A stretch of 64,000 bases of DNA from Spirochaetia bacterium (GTDB taxonomy: Bacteria > Spirochaetota > Spirochaetia > SZUA-6 > Bin103). This document shows, in pieces, positions 28,780-38,405 of this stretch. Position 1 is the first letter of the stretch; every line of letters starts with the position of its first letter. The notes under the pieces are model-generated. The model did no database searches and was not told the DNA's origin. It worked only from the letters and a program-made list of their open reading frames with translations. The stretch lies in NCBI GenBank assembly GCA_965203905.1, contig CBDBDQ010000005.1, positions 1,120,001 to 1,184,000 on the forward strand. The letters run 5' to 3'. Both the position numbers and the translations under genes were made by a program.

Positions 28780-29847
28780 TCAGTCCCCAGCCTCCGCGGC
28801 GCGGAGCACGTTGTGCAACGGCTCGATGACCGGCGCCGGCGACGCTTCAGGCAGGGTCACCGAACGCCGCTGCAGGGCGCTGCGGTAGGCGGCCAGCAGC
28901 ACCGCGTATTGCTCGGTCGCGCGCTCCAGCGCCAGTGGATGCCGGTAGTCCGGCTGCTCGATCCAGTGCAGCACCGAGCCCACCAGGGCCGCCTGCGCCG
29001 GCCCGTCCTGCTCCCAGTAGTCGTGCCTGCCGCGCTGCAGCCGGCCGTCGCACAGCGTCTCCCAGGACCACATGGTCCAGGTCGCGTGGCCGCGCTCGCC
29101 GTAGACGGCGATGCGCTTGTGCGCCCATACCTGCTCGCGGGCCGCGGGCGGCGCGTCGGCTTGGCGCGGGGCGCCGCTGCCGCAGCGCAGCACGGCGCGC
29201 AGGCCGCCGCTGAAGTCGATCGCCGCCAGCAGGTCGTCGGGGGCGTAGTGGGCGCGCGGCGTGGTCTGCAGGCCGTCCGTGCCGGCGGCCTGGGCCAGCA
29301 CCGCGGTCGGGCGCGCGGCGCCGGCGAAGGCGAACACCGCCTGCAGGCTGTGGGTCCCCTGGTAGGCGGCGTTCAGGCCGCTGCCGGCGTCGATCAGGCG
29401 CAGCTCGCCGAGGGCGCCGTCCGCAACCAGGCGCTGCAGGCGGCGGCGCGGGGCGTGGTAGTGGAGCTGGTGGTTGACCGCCACCTGCAGCGGGGAGCTG
29501 CGCGCAAAGGCGGCCAGCGCGGCGCAATCGGGACCGTCGATGGCGACCGGCTTCTCGACGATCGCCGCCGGCACACCGGCCGCGGCCACCTGCTCCAGCA
29601 CCTCCAGCCGCGCGTTCGGAGGGGTGTTGACGTGCACCAGGTCGGGCCGCTCGCGGGCCAGCATCTCGCGGTAGTCGTCGTAGCGCGCGGCGACGCCGTA
29701 GTCGGCGGCCAGCTTGTCGCGCGGCTCCGCGGTGCGCGCCGACACCGCCACCAGCCGGGCGCGCGCCTGGTAGCGGTAGGCCAGCGCGTGATGGCGCGCG
29801 CGCCCGCCACTGGCGCCGATGATCACGCTCCGATAGTCACCTCTCAC
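28780..29847 (-). CDS. Gfo/Idh/MocA oxidoreductase
   Basis: YDDYREML..PDLVHVNTP, IVEKP, NHQ. GTG 29847 start inferred. Confidence 0.88.
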   Translation of the reverse strand: MRGDYRSVIIGASGGRARHHALAYRYQARARLVAVSARTAEPRDKLAADYGVAARYDDYREMLARERPDLVHVNTPPNARLEVLEQVAAAGVPAAIVEKPVAIDGPDCAALAAFARSSPLQVAVNHQLHYHAPRRRLQRLVADGALGELRLIDAGSGLNAAYQGTHSLQAVFAFAGAARPTAVLAQAAGTDGLQTTPRAHYAPDDLLAAIDFSGGLRAVLRCGSGAPRQADAPPAAREQVWAHKRIAVYGERGHATWTMWSWETLCDGRLQRGRHDYWEQDGPAQAALVGSVLHWIEQPDYRHPLALERATEQYAVLLAAYRSALQRRSVTLPEASPAPVIEPLHNVLRAAEAGD

Positions 29848-30039
29848 AACCGCTACTGTAGCACACACCGCGCACCTTCCCCGGTTCCGCATGAGCGGGC
29901 CACTTCAGCCTGCGGCCATCTCGACACGCCTCCGCGGTCCGGCACCGAGGCGGCGGCGGTCCCGACCCGCCGGCTCCCGCGGTTGCCGGCCGGCGGCGGC
30001 GCGCCGTAAGCTGCGCTGCAAGCAGGAGGCGGATACTTC

Positions 30040-30786
30040 ATGGGGGATTTCGAGGACAAGGTCGCGCTGATCACCGGCGGCGGCACCGGCATCGGGCGCG
30101 CAACGGCGCTGCAGCTCGCGGCGGAGGGGGCGGCGGTAGCGGTGAACTACTCGCGCTCGCAGCAGGAGGCCGAGGACACCGTGGCCGAGCTGCGCTCCGG
30201 CGGGGCGCGTGCCTGCGCGCTGAAGGCGGACGTGGCGGACGACGCCCAGGTGCGCGCCATGGTGGCCGCCGCGGTGGCGGAGCTCGGCGGCCTCGACATC
30301 CTGGTGAACAGCGCCGGCATTACCCGGGCGGTGCCGCTGCCCAATCTCGACGGCATCCGTGAGGAGGACTACCAGGACATCTTCGGCGTCAATTTCCTGG
30401 GGGTCCTGTTCTCCTGCCGCGCCGCGATACCGGAGATGAAGCGCCGCGGTGGCGGCCACATCGTCAACGTCGGTTCCATAGCCGGGCTCAACGGGCTGGG
30501 CAGCTCGCTGCTCTACTCCGCCAGCAAGGCGGCGGTGATGAACCTCACCCGCGGCATGGCGCACAGCCAGGCGCCCGCGGTGCAGGTGAACTGCGTGGTG
30601 CCCGGTCTGGTGGAGACGCGCTGGACCGCGACCGTGAGCGAGGAGTTCGCGCAGAGCAACCGCGACGCCACCCCGATGGGACGCGCCGCCAAGGCGGAAG
30701 ACGTGGCCACGGCGATCGTCGGCCTGCTGAAGAGCAGGTTCATCACCGGGGCCAGCCTGGTGGTGGACGGCGGCAGGACCATCTAA
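30040..30786 (+). CDS. SDR oxidoreductase
   Basis: TGGGTGIG, NSAG, YSASK, VDGG. AGGAGG RBS. Confidence 0.95.
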   Translation: MGDFEDKVALITGGGTGIGRATALQLAAEGAAVAVNYSRSQQEAEDTVAELRSGGARACALKADVADDAQVRAMVAAAVAELGGLDILVNSAGITRAVPLPNLDGIREEDYQDIFGVNFLGVLFSCRAAIPEMKRRGGGHIVNVGSIAGLNGLGSSLLYSASKAAVMNLTRGMAHSQAPAVQVNCVVPGLVETRWTATVSEEFAQSNRDATPMGRAAKAEDVATAIVGLLKSRFITGASLVVDGGRTI

Positions 30787-30799
30787 GCGGCGCACGGGC

Positions 30800-32368
30800 A
30801 TGGACGGCATACCCTTCTACGGCAGGCTCAGGGAGGTGAACGTCAGCGACCTGGGCGCGGCGGTGCGCCTGGGCTGCGGCACCATGCAGAGCGTGTTCAA
30901 CGCCGACGACCGCGACATCCCCTTCTTCAGCTCCGAGGTGCGGCCGCGGGCCGAGCTCGGATTCAGCGCCGTGCACAGCGAGTCGCACGTTCCCGGCCGC
31001 CACCTCAACGCGCTGCTCAACGCCGAGGACGCGCTCGGCATCGAGCTCGACGAGAGCGCGGTGCGCAAGCACGCCGCGGCCGCCTACTTCTCGTTCAGCG
31101 GCGCGCTGCCGGTGCCGCTCAACCGGAGCCGGGTGGACGGACCGCTGGACAGCTTCGTGACCCACAACCTGCGCGAGGGCCTGCACGCGCTCTACGCCCT
31201 GGTCGCCTATCGCGGCGAGGAGCGCACCCACGACCTGGCCGAGGCGTGCATCGCGGCGCTGCTGGAGCTGTGGTCGCCGGAGCGGGGCTGGGACCGCGCA
31301 GGCTGTCTCGAGCGCGGCGTCGACCCCTCGGAGCTCACCTTCATCTACGGCATCCCACGGATGCTCGGGCCCCTGGTGAAGTACTACCGGGTGACCGCTT
31401 CTGCTCCCGCGCTCGAACTCGCGCTGCGCGTGTGCGAGCGCCTGCTGGTGGACGCCTTCGCCGCCGACGGCCGCTACCGGCCGCGGGTGCACGGCGGTCA
31501 CACCCACTCCACCACCTGCGTCATGTCATCCCTCGCCCAACTCGCCGAGCTGACCGGCGACAACGCGCTGCTGCAGCGCGTCAAGGCATTCTACGACCAT
31601 GGCCTGCCGGCAATCAGCGACTGGCTGGGATGGGTCATTGAAAACAGCGGCGCGGAGAGTCCGCCGGACCGCGGCGAGGTCAACAACACCGGCGACATCG
31701 TCGAGACCGCCCTGATCCTGGGCCGGGCCGGCTACCCGCAGTACCTGGAGGATGCCGAGCGCATCGTGCGCTGCCACATGCTGCCGTCCCAGCTCCGCGA
31801 CGTCGGCTTCATCGCCGAGCCGCCGAATCCGGATGGCGCGGACGGCCGCCGCAACCTCGCCGCGCGCCACCGGGGCGCATTCGGGTTCCCCGCTCCCTAC
31901 GGTCACGAACCGCTCGGCGTCGACCGGGTGAGCTTCAACATGGATATCGTGGGCGGGGCGGTGGGGTCGCTGTGCGAGGTGTACCGCGCCGCCACCACCC
32001 GCGACCAGACCGGCCACCGCGTCAATCTGCTGTTCGACCACGAGACCGACGCGATTGCGGTACGTACCGGCGTGGAAGGCGCCGCCCTCCAGGTGGAACT
32101 CAGGCAGCCCGGCCCGCTGTGGATCCGCATCCCGTCGTGGGCCGACCGCGGCCAGATCCAGGTCGCCGGTGGCCGCTTCGCCGGCGACTTCCTGTTCCTG
32201 GCGCGGCAGCCGGTCGGCGTTCCGGTGACACTGCGCTACGAGCTTCCGCTCCGCGAGGCGGTGCTGGCCCACCGGACCCGCGACATCCGCGTGCGCCTGC
32301 GCGGCGACGCGGTCGTGGCGATGGACAACTTCGGCGCCGACCTGACCTTCTTCGACCCGATCGATTAG
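30800..32368 (+). CDS. GH127/beta-L-arabinofuranosidase-like hypothetical protein
   Basis: HGGHTHS, GEVNNTGD, YLEDAER, VNLLFD, IRIPSWA beta-domain. Confidence 0.55.
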   Translation: MDGIPFYGRLREVNVSDLGAAVRLGCGTMQSVFNADDRDIPFFSSEVRPRAELGFSAVHSESHVPGRHLNALLNAEDALGIELDESAVRKHAAAAYFSFSGALPVPLNRSRVDGPLDSFVTHNLREGLHALYALVAYRGEERTHDLAEACIAALLELWSPERGWDRAGCLERGVDPSELTFIYGIPRMLGPLVKYYRVTASAPALELALRVCERLLVDAFAADGRYRPRVHGGHTHSTTCVMSSLAQLAELTGDNALLQRVKAFYDHGLPAISDWLGWVIENSGAESPPDRGEVNNTGDIVETALILGRAGYPQYLEDAERIVRCHMLPSQLRDVGFIAEPPNPDGADGRRNLAARHRGAFGFPAPYGHEPLGVDRVSFNMDIVGGAVGSLCEVYRAATTRDQTGHRVNLLFDHETDAIAVRTGVEGAALQVELRQPGPLWIRIPSWADRGQIQVAGGRFAGDFLFLARQPVGVPVTLRYELPLREAVLAHRTRDIRVRLRGDAVVAMDNFGADLTFFDPID

Positions 32369-32405
32369 CTGCCGGGCGGCGCGGCGGCATACGCCGGGGA
32401 GCGCC

Positions 32406-34262
32406 TCAGCCGGGGAACACCTCCGCGGGGCGCCCCCGGGTATCGGTCTGAATGCGGAACACGCCGCCGGCATGCGGCTGCGCGGCCAGCGCCGGGCCGC
32501 TCTCCTGGTAGCGCGCGGTGGTGATGTAGAGCTGGTCCAGCGCCGGCCCGCCGAACGCGCACGAGGTGGTCAGGTTGGCCGGCACCGGGATGGTCTGGAT
32601 CAGGGCTCCGGTGAGCGGATGCCAGCGCGTCACGCGGGCGCCGCCCCAGTGCGCCACCCACAGGGTCCCGTCCAGCGCCACCGCCATGCCGTCGGGAACG
32701 CCGCTGTCCTCGGGCAGCGTCACCGCCGGCCGCGGATTGGCGATGTCGCCGCTGGCCGGGTCGTAGTCGAAGGCGGTGACCTGGCGGGTGAGCGAGTCGA
32801 TGTAGTACATGGTGCGCCCGTCGGGGCTCCAGTCCATGCCGTTGGTGTTGTCGATGCCGCTCAGGCGCCGGGTTACGGTGAGGTCGGGCTCCAGGCTGTA
32901 CAGGTCCCCGCGGGTGGCGGTGGTGCGGTCGATGGCGATCGACCCGAACCAGAAGCGCCCGGCGGGATCCACCTTGCCGTCGTTGAAGTGGGTCTCGGGA
33001 CGGTCCGCCTCGATGTCGGACACGCGCGTCTTGACGCCGCTGATCGGATCGAGGTGATAGATCCCCGAGGCGGTCGCCGCCAGCACGCCGCCCCGCTCCC
33101 GCGGCACCACGCAACCGACGAACTCACCGAGGTCGACGCGGCCGGCCAGGCCGGTGGCGGGCTGGTAGTGGTGGACGCTGCCGGCAAACAGGTCGACCCA
33201 GTAGAGCGTCCCGGTCGCGGCATGCCACACCGGTCCTTCGCCCAGCTCGGCACGGGCATCGAGGACCAGATCCGGCTCCGGCACAACCGGCGGGGTGGCG
33301 GTCCGCCCGTGGCAGCGCCCTTCACCGGCGGTGCGGGCTGGAGCGGCCGGCGCCGTGCGGCCGCCCGCCGGCGTGGCGGTGCCGGCCACCGCTCCGGCGG
33401 CGCCCCGTTCCCGCTCGGCGCGCTCCTCCTGCCGCCAGCGCCGCCACAGCTCCCGCTCCGTGTGCTCGCCACGGTCGCCGCTCGCGCGCCGCGCCAGCAG
33501 CTCACGGTCCGGCTCGAACAGCCGCGCCAGGCGCCGGTCGCCGCGGGCGCGCGCGGCGCGGATCTCGCGCTGCATGCTCTGCATGCCGTAGGCGTCGCGC
33601 TTGGGCAGCCAGCACTTGGTGTAGAAGTAGCTGGCGAAGATGCGCAGGCGGCCGCTGCAGTTGCCCGAGGTGCTGTGCAGCAATGAAGAGTGCACCACCA
33701 CCGTGTCCCCCGCCGCCAGCTCCACCGCCTGCTCGCCGGCCTGGAGCGCTCCGGGGCCGCCTTCGCCGACCAGCCGGCGGCCGCGGTGGGAGCCGGGGAG
33801 CACCAGCAGGTGGCCATACTCGGGACCCTCCTGCAGGTAGGTGAGCACGTTCACCGCGTTGGGCGGCAGGTAGTCGTCGCTCCAGCCGGGCAGGGCCCAC
33901 ATGTCCCGGTGCCAGGCGCGCACCGTGCGCGCCTCGACCTTGCTCACCGGCGGGGTGACCGCGATCTGCAGACTGTCGAAGCCGACGAACGGTCCCATCA
34001 ACTCCTCCAGGAAGTCCAGCATCGCCGGGTCCACCAGGGAGGGGAGGAACAGGTCGGGACGCTCCTGCAGCAGGCCGCGCAACACCGCCCGCGGCTGCCC
34101 TACCCCGGCGCTGCGCTGATCTTCGCCCAGTTCGTGCCGGTAGCGCTCCTCGAACAAGTGGCGCCACGGCTCCACCCAGGCCGCGTTGAAACCGCGGAAG
34201 ATGGTGTATCCGTGCCGCTCGAACTCCGCGACCCGGGCCGCCAGCTCCCCGCTGCCGTTCAT
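32406..34262 (-). CDS. Fusion: PhyH-type Fe/2OG dioxygenase plus SMP-30/gluconolactonase
   Basis: N-term FERHGY, WHRD, VLPGSH, LLH..R. C-term LGEGPVW, FNDGKVDPAGRFW, NGMDWSPD, PDGM, TSCAFGG. Confidence 0.85.
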   Translation of the reverse strand: MNGSGELAARVAEFERHGYTIFRGFNAAWVEPWRHLFEERYRHELGEDQRSAGVGQPRAVLRGLLQERPDLFLPSLVDPAMLDFLEELMGPFVGFDSLQIAVTPPVSKVEARTVRAWHRDMWALPGWSDDYLPPNAVNVLTYLQEGPEYGHLLVLPGSHRGRRLVGEGGPGALQAGEQAVELAAGDTVVVHSSLLHSTSGNCSGRLRIFASYFYTKCWLPKRDAYGMQSMQREIRAARARGDRRLARLFEPDRELLARRASGDRGEHTERELWRRWRQEERAERERGAAGAVAGTATPAGGRTAPAAPARTAGEGRCHGRTATPPVVPEPDLVLDARAELGEGPVWHAATGTLYWVDLFAGSVHHYQPATGLAGRVDLGEFVGCVVPRERGGVLAATASGIYHLDPISGVKTRVSDIEADRPETHFNDGKVDPAGRFWFGSIAIDRTTATRGDLYSLEPDLTVTRRLSGIDNTNGMDWSPDGRTMYYIDSLTRQVTAFDYDPASGDIANPRPAVTLPEDSGVPDGMAVALDGTLWVAHWGGARVTRWHPLTGALIQTIPVPANLTTSCAFGGPALDQLYITTARYQESGPALAAQPHAGGVFRIQTDTRGRPAEVFPG

Positions 34263-35044
34263 GGTGCCGACTCCTCCACGCCGACGGCCTGGATCAGCGC
34301 CGGCAGGATCACGGTCACGTCGCCCTCCAGGCGCAGGTCGGCGAACTGGTCATGGCCGGTGGGCCCGCGATTGATGATGGCGTAGCGGGCGCCGCTGCCG
34401 ACGGCGGCGAGCGGCACGTCGGCTGCGGGCCGCACCTCCAGGGTGGAACCGATCGCCAACGCCAGGTCGGCGCGGCGCGCGGCGCGGAACGCCCGCTGCA
34501 GCTCGGCCTGCGGCATCGGCTGGCCGAACGACACGGTCGCGGTCTTCAGGATCCCGCCGCAGGCCCGGCAGCGGGGGCACTCGCCGGTCGCCTGAAACTC
34601 CTCCAGCGCCGGCTCCGGCGCACTGCGCTGGCCGCACGACAGGCACTCCACGAAGCGGTTGGTGCCGTGTAGCTCGACGATGCGCTCGGGGTCGTGGCCG
34701 GCATCCTGGTGCAGGCCGTCCACGTTCTGGGTCACCAGGGTGTCCAGCTTGCCCAGCCGTTCCAGCGCCACCAGCGCGCGGTGGGCGGCGTTGGGCCGCG
34801 CCTGCGCGAACTCCGCGTGCCCCTCCGCCTTGTATTTCCAGTGCGCCCGGCGGGCCTCTTCCGATGCCAGGAAGTCCTGAAACAACACCGGCCGGCGCCG
34901 CGTCCAGACTCCCCCCGGGCCGCGAAAGTCCGGAATCCCCGAGGCGGTGGAGATGCCCGCCCCGGTGAACGCCAGCACCCGCTCGGCGGCCCGCACCGCC
35001 GCCGCCAGCTCCGCAACCTGCGCTTTCAACCCTGCCTCGACCAC
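34259..35044 (-). CDS. cobB: NAD-dependent deacylase (Sir2 family)
   Basis: TGAGISTASGIPDFRG, TQNVDGLH, ELHG, two CxxC, GSTL, IN. GTG 35044 start inferred. Confidence 0.92.
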   Translation of the reverse strand: MVEAGLKAQVAELAAAVRAAERVLAFTGAGISTASGIPDFRGPGGVWTRRRPVLFQDFLASEEARRAHWKYKAEGHAEFAQARPNAAHRALVALERLGKLDTLVTQNVDGLHQDAGHDPERIVELHGTNRFVECLSCGQRSAPEPALEEFQATGECPRCRACGGILKTATVSFGQPMPQAELQRAFRAARRADLALAIGSTLEVRPAADVPLAAVGSGARYAIINRGPTGHDQFADLRLEGDVTVILPALIQAVGVEESAP

Positions 35045-35112
35045 AGCATCAGCCCGCGGCAATCTTGACGGGTTCAGGCCCCTCCTGCAAAGTCGCCGGC
35101 GCGGTACACCGA

Positions 35113-35895
35113 ATGGGGCTGCGACGGCACCGGGTGCGGATACGCTTCTACCAGGAGCTGGGCGACTTCCTCGCACCCCACCTGCGCGGCCGCGAGTTCG
35201 AGCTGGCGGTGAACGATGGCACCACCACCAAGGCGCTGGTGGAGCACTGCGGCGTGCCGCACGGCGAAGTCGACCTGCTGCTGGTGGAAGGCGCGTCGGT
35301 GGACTTCGGCCACAAGCTGCGGGACGGACAGCGCGTCAGTGTCTACCCGGTGTTCGAGAGCTTCGACATTTCCGGCCTGACCCGGGTGCGGCCGGCGCCG
35401 CTGCGCGTGGTGCGCTTCCTGGTGGATGCCAACCTCGCCAAGCTGGCCTCGCTGCTGCGCATGTGCGGGCTGGACGCAACCGACGCCGGCATGCTGCCGC
35501 CCGGCGCCGCGGACCGGGAGGACGCCCGCTTGGTGGCGGCGGCGCGCCGCGAGCAGCGCATCATCCTGACCCGAGACCGCCGCCTGCTGGCGCGCAAGGC
35601 GGTGACCCACGGCTGTTTCGTCCGCTCCCAGGATCCGGAGCAGCAACTGCTGTTCGTGCTGCGGCGCTTCCACCTGGCCAGCGCGGTGCGGCCGTTCTCT
35701 CGCTGCATGCGCTGCAACGAACCGCTGCGCCCGGTCGCCAAGGCGGATGTCCTGCACCACCTGCCGCCCATGGTGCGCGTCGAGCAGCAGTCGTTCAGCC
35801 GCTGTCCCCGCTGCCGGCGCCTCTACTGGCCCGGCAGCCACTGGCAACGCATGCGCCGCCGCCTCGACACCCTGCTCGCCACCTCCCGAGGATAG
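35113..35895 (+). CDS. Mut7-C RNase domain protein with N-terminal ubiquitin-like domain
   Basis: RFYQELGDFL, GVPHGEVD, RFLVDANLAKLASLLR..G, LTRDR, RCMRCN..CPRCRRLYWPGSH. Confidence 0.9.
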   Translation: MGLRRHRVRIRFYQELGDFLAPHLRGREFELAVNDGTTTKALVEHCGVPHGEVDLLLVEGASVDFGHKLRDGQRVSVYPVFESFDISGLTRVRPAPLRVVRFLVDANLAKLASLLRMCGLDATDAGMLPPGAADREDARLVAAARREQRIILTRDRRLLARKAVTHGCFVRSQDPEQQLLFVLRRFHLASAVRPFSRCMRCNEPLRPVAKADVLHHLPPMVRVEQQSFSRCPRCRRLYWPGSHWQRMRRRLDTLLATSRG

Positions 35896-36037
35896 ATTCG
35901 GTGGTGCTCCGACAACGAGTCTGTGCTGAGCAACCCACGACCCAGCCGCCACGGATCGGGCCGATCGCTTACTTGATGGATTGCCCTACCCGAGTTAGGT
36001 TGAGGTACGAGAGTCGCGTCGGCGCGTGGGGTAGTGC

Positions 36038-36334
36038 GTGTTGCGCTATGAAGAGAACAGGAAGCACAGTCAGCCGTGGCAGCCGGGACGCCGAGGATCG
36101 CTTTGCCCGAGCAATATCGATCAGGCTACTGCGCAGCAGCTACTTGAGGAGAGCGAACTGGACGGTAACAAACGCTACGCCGTATACGAAGGCAGGGCGT
36201 ACTGCGCACAGCAGCACCTGGACAGATGGCATGGCTATCCAGTCGGCTGGGTTGAAGTTCCCGAACCGCTGCGTCGAAAGTGGGTGAAAGAACGTCGTGT
36301 GCGAAAGAGAGACGTAGGAAGACACTGGGATTGA
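36038..36334 (+). CDS. Small basic protein, putative RNase toxin (WHGYP motif)
   Basis: 98 aa, lower GC than flanks. YEENRKH, GSLCP, RYAV, WHGYP. Ends 9 nt before the peptidase gene. Confidence 0.7.
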   Translation: MLRYEENRKHSQPWQPGRRGSLCPSNIDQATAQQLLEESELDGNKRYAVYEGRAYCAQQHLDRWHGYPVGWVEVPEPLRRKWVKERRVRKRDVGRHWD

Positions 36335-36343
36335 GTCAATAAC

Positions 36344-37903
36344 GTGGCTGTTCGATGGGAGAGAATTGCCGGCGACACCGGACTGTTTGCCTTCAAGGTG
36401 AGGTTTGTTGATGACCCGGACCACGGACAAGGGATCGATCCCGAGGTCGGAACGTCGTGGGGCAGTTTCCAGATCTGGATCGAAGGTCGGAATCTGTGCG
36501 CTCATCGAGAGGACGGTGGTCAAGTCGATTCGGTTCACTGGTACCTTCTTCCGCTGATCGAGTGGTTTGCCACGAACTGGAATCCGTTGCTTCACGAAGA
36601 ACGTCTTCCAGTTCAGAATGTGTCCAATACCGCCTGGGAGTCGTTACGCTCGACCAGGTTCCCACCACTGGCGATAGAGAACAACGAAGAGAAATCCTCC
36701 GCGTGGGAAGGCGAGTGGCAACGATGGTGGGCTCGACACGCGCTCCGTTCGGCGAGCGAAGGCGGTCTGTTTCCCGACATCGTACTAAGACGTCTCCGAG
36801 ATTCCATCGAGATCTCCTCGGGGCCGGCACCAAGCTCAGGGATGCCACTCCACTTCAGCTTCTTGGAGTCAGTACGGGGAAGCAGCACGCTGGCCCCAAG
36901 GGATGTTGCCGAACCCTTGCACGAAGTGTTGTCGAGCGCCAGCGACTACCTGCTGGCGCAAGCTCCCGAGTCGCCTCGTATTCAGGCCCTTGACAGATCC
37001 CTCCGTGAGTTGTGCTCGATTGATGAGTCGGATCGGCGGATCATGTGGCTTGCCGGCCAGGGCACAGACGAGCAAACCGTTTCAACCGGCTGGCAACGTG
37101 TGAAGAACATCGTAGCGCAACTCGGCGAAGCTTCGCGTGGCATATTGAGTAGTCCAGATTCGTCACCGCTTGTCGTATCCGGCTCGTGTCAGGCGGCGTT
37201 GATGTTCGGCTCCCTGGCTCCTAACGTAGCCGAGCAGGACATACTGCCACTTGCGCGAACGATGGTGGATCTTTCCTCATCGGATGCCGAATCGGCCGCG
37301 CTGGTTGCATTGGGCCGTGCCGAACCGATCTCCGTATTCGATTCCCCTTCGTGGGCACAAGGATATGACTTGGCCGAGTCAGTTCACGAAGAACTCAACT
37401 GGAAGTTCGCACAGGACGCGTCCGTCGACATTGACAGCCTGATCGACTGGTTGGGGGTCCAGGTCGTCGAATTGGAACTGTCTGACAGGGATGTTCGAGG
37501 CGTTGCCATCGCTGGGCCAGACCACTGTCCTGGCATCGCCGTCAACACCCGACACGCTCGAAATGCACATGCATTCGGCCGCCGATTCACCCTGGCCCAT
37601 GAGCTGTGTCATGTGCTGTTCGATCGCCAAGCAGGGCACCGGCTGGCACTAGCGAGCGGCCCTTGGGCACCATGTGGCATCGAAGAGCGCGCGAATGCCT
37701 TTGCCGCGATGCTTCTGATGCCCCTGGAGTTGGTACAGCGCGCCGTATCGCGGCTGACCGATCCGGTGTACGCCAGTGCCGGAGTGCGGGAAGCGGCACA
37801 GGTGCTGCAGGCAGGCGTTCTTGCTGTACTGCATCACCTCAAGAACACGGGGTTTATCACGGACGCCGATCTGGAGCGGATCGAAAGCGAGATGCTCTCC
37901 TAG
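36344..37903 (+). CDS. ImmA/IrrE (DUF955) metallopeptidase with large uncharacterised N-terminal region
   Basis: RRFTLAHELCH (HExxH) and EERANAFAAMLLMP in the last ~170 aa. No HTH recognised. Lower GC. Confidence 0.9.
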   Translation: MAVRWERIAGDTGLFAFKVRFVDDPDHGQGIDPEVGTSWGSFQIWIEGRNLCAHREDGGQVDSVHWYLLPLIEWFATNWNPLLHEERLPVQNVSNTAWESLRSTRFPPLAIENNEEKSSAWEGEWQRWWARHALRSASEGGLFPDIVLRRLRDSIEISSGPAPSSGMPLHFSFLESVRGSSTLAPRDVAEPLHEVLSSASDYLLAQAPESPRIQALDRSLRELCSIDESDRRIMWLAGQGTDEQTVSTGWQRVKNIVAQLGEASRGILSSPDSSPLVVSGSCQAALMFGSLAPNVAEQDILPLARTMVDLSSSDAESAALVALGRAEPISVFDSPSWAQGYDLAESVHEELNWKFAQDASVDIDSLIDWLGVQVVELELSDRDVRGVAIAGPDHCPGIAVNTRHARNAHAFGRRFTLAHELCHVLFDRQAGHRLALASGPWAPCGIEERANAFAAMLLMPLELVQRAVSRLTDPVYASAGVREAAQVLQAGVLAVLHHLKNTGFITDADLERIESEMLS

Positions 37904-38241
37904 CGGTCGTCGCCTTCGCCTTGCAGGGTGCCGGCCTCCAGGCGGCGGGCCAGCTTGCTCAGGTTCTCCTCCGCCACCTCCTGCAGCGAGAGGTCGAGAT
38001 CGGTGCAAATCTGGGCCAGGTACCACAGCACGTCGCCGAGCTCGCTCTTGAGGGCGGCGCGGTCCTCCTCGCCGATCACGCCCCCCTTGTCGCGGAAGAT
38101 CTTCTTCACCTTGCCCGCCACCTCACCCGCTTCGTTGGTGAGCCCCAGGGTCGGGTAGAGGATGGCGTGATCCACCACCACCCGGCCCCAGGTGCGGCGG
38201 GACTGGCGCTGATAGAGGGCAAAGGTCGGGGCGCTGGCCAT
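37900..38241 (-). CDS. MazG-like NTP pyrophosphohydrolase
   Basis: LGLTNEAGEVAGKVKKIFRD, ELGDVLWY, NLSKL..R..G.GDDR. AGGAGG RBS. Confidence 0.92.
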   Translation of the reverse strand: MASAPTFALYQRQSRRTWGRVVVDHAILYPTLGLTNEAGEVAGKVKKIFRDKGGVIGEEDRAALKSELGDVLWYLAQICTDLDLSLQEVAEENLSKLARRLEAGTLQGEGDDR

Positions 38242-38339
38242 GTTCGGACCTCCTGTTGGCTGCGCGGATCCTACTACGGGTTGGGCCTCTCGGGCGCGCC
38301 GCGCAGTCCTGTACCGGCGAACCTCGTGTAAGTTGGGAG

Positions 38340-38380
38340 TTGACGATTGTCCGACTATTAGGTATACCATTACATGTAAT
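38340..38380 (+). promoter_or_regulatory. Sigma70 promoter with palindromic operator
   Basis: TTGACG-17-TATACC, followed at once by the perfect palindrome ATTACATGTAAT (38369-38380). Confidence 0.7.
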
Positions 38381-38405
38381 CTCATTCCAAGCATGGAGAC
38401 TTACC

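Noticed and set aside
34259-35895. Sir2 plus Mut7-C as part of the adjacent putative defence system
   Set aside because: The Sir2 is a Zn-ribbon CobB-type deacylase, not a ThsA/DSR NADase. Both genes have host-like GC and are divergently arranged.
37900-38241. MazG as a third component of the RNase-peptidase islet
   Set aside because: Convergent orientation and host-like codon usage. It more likely marks the insertion boundary.
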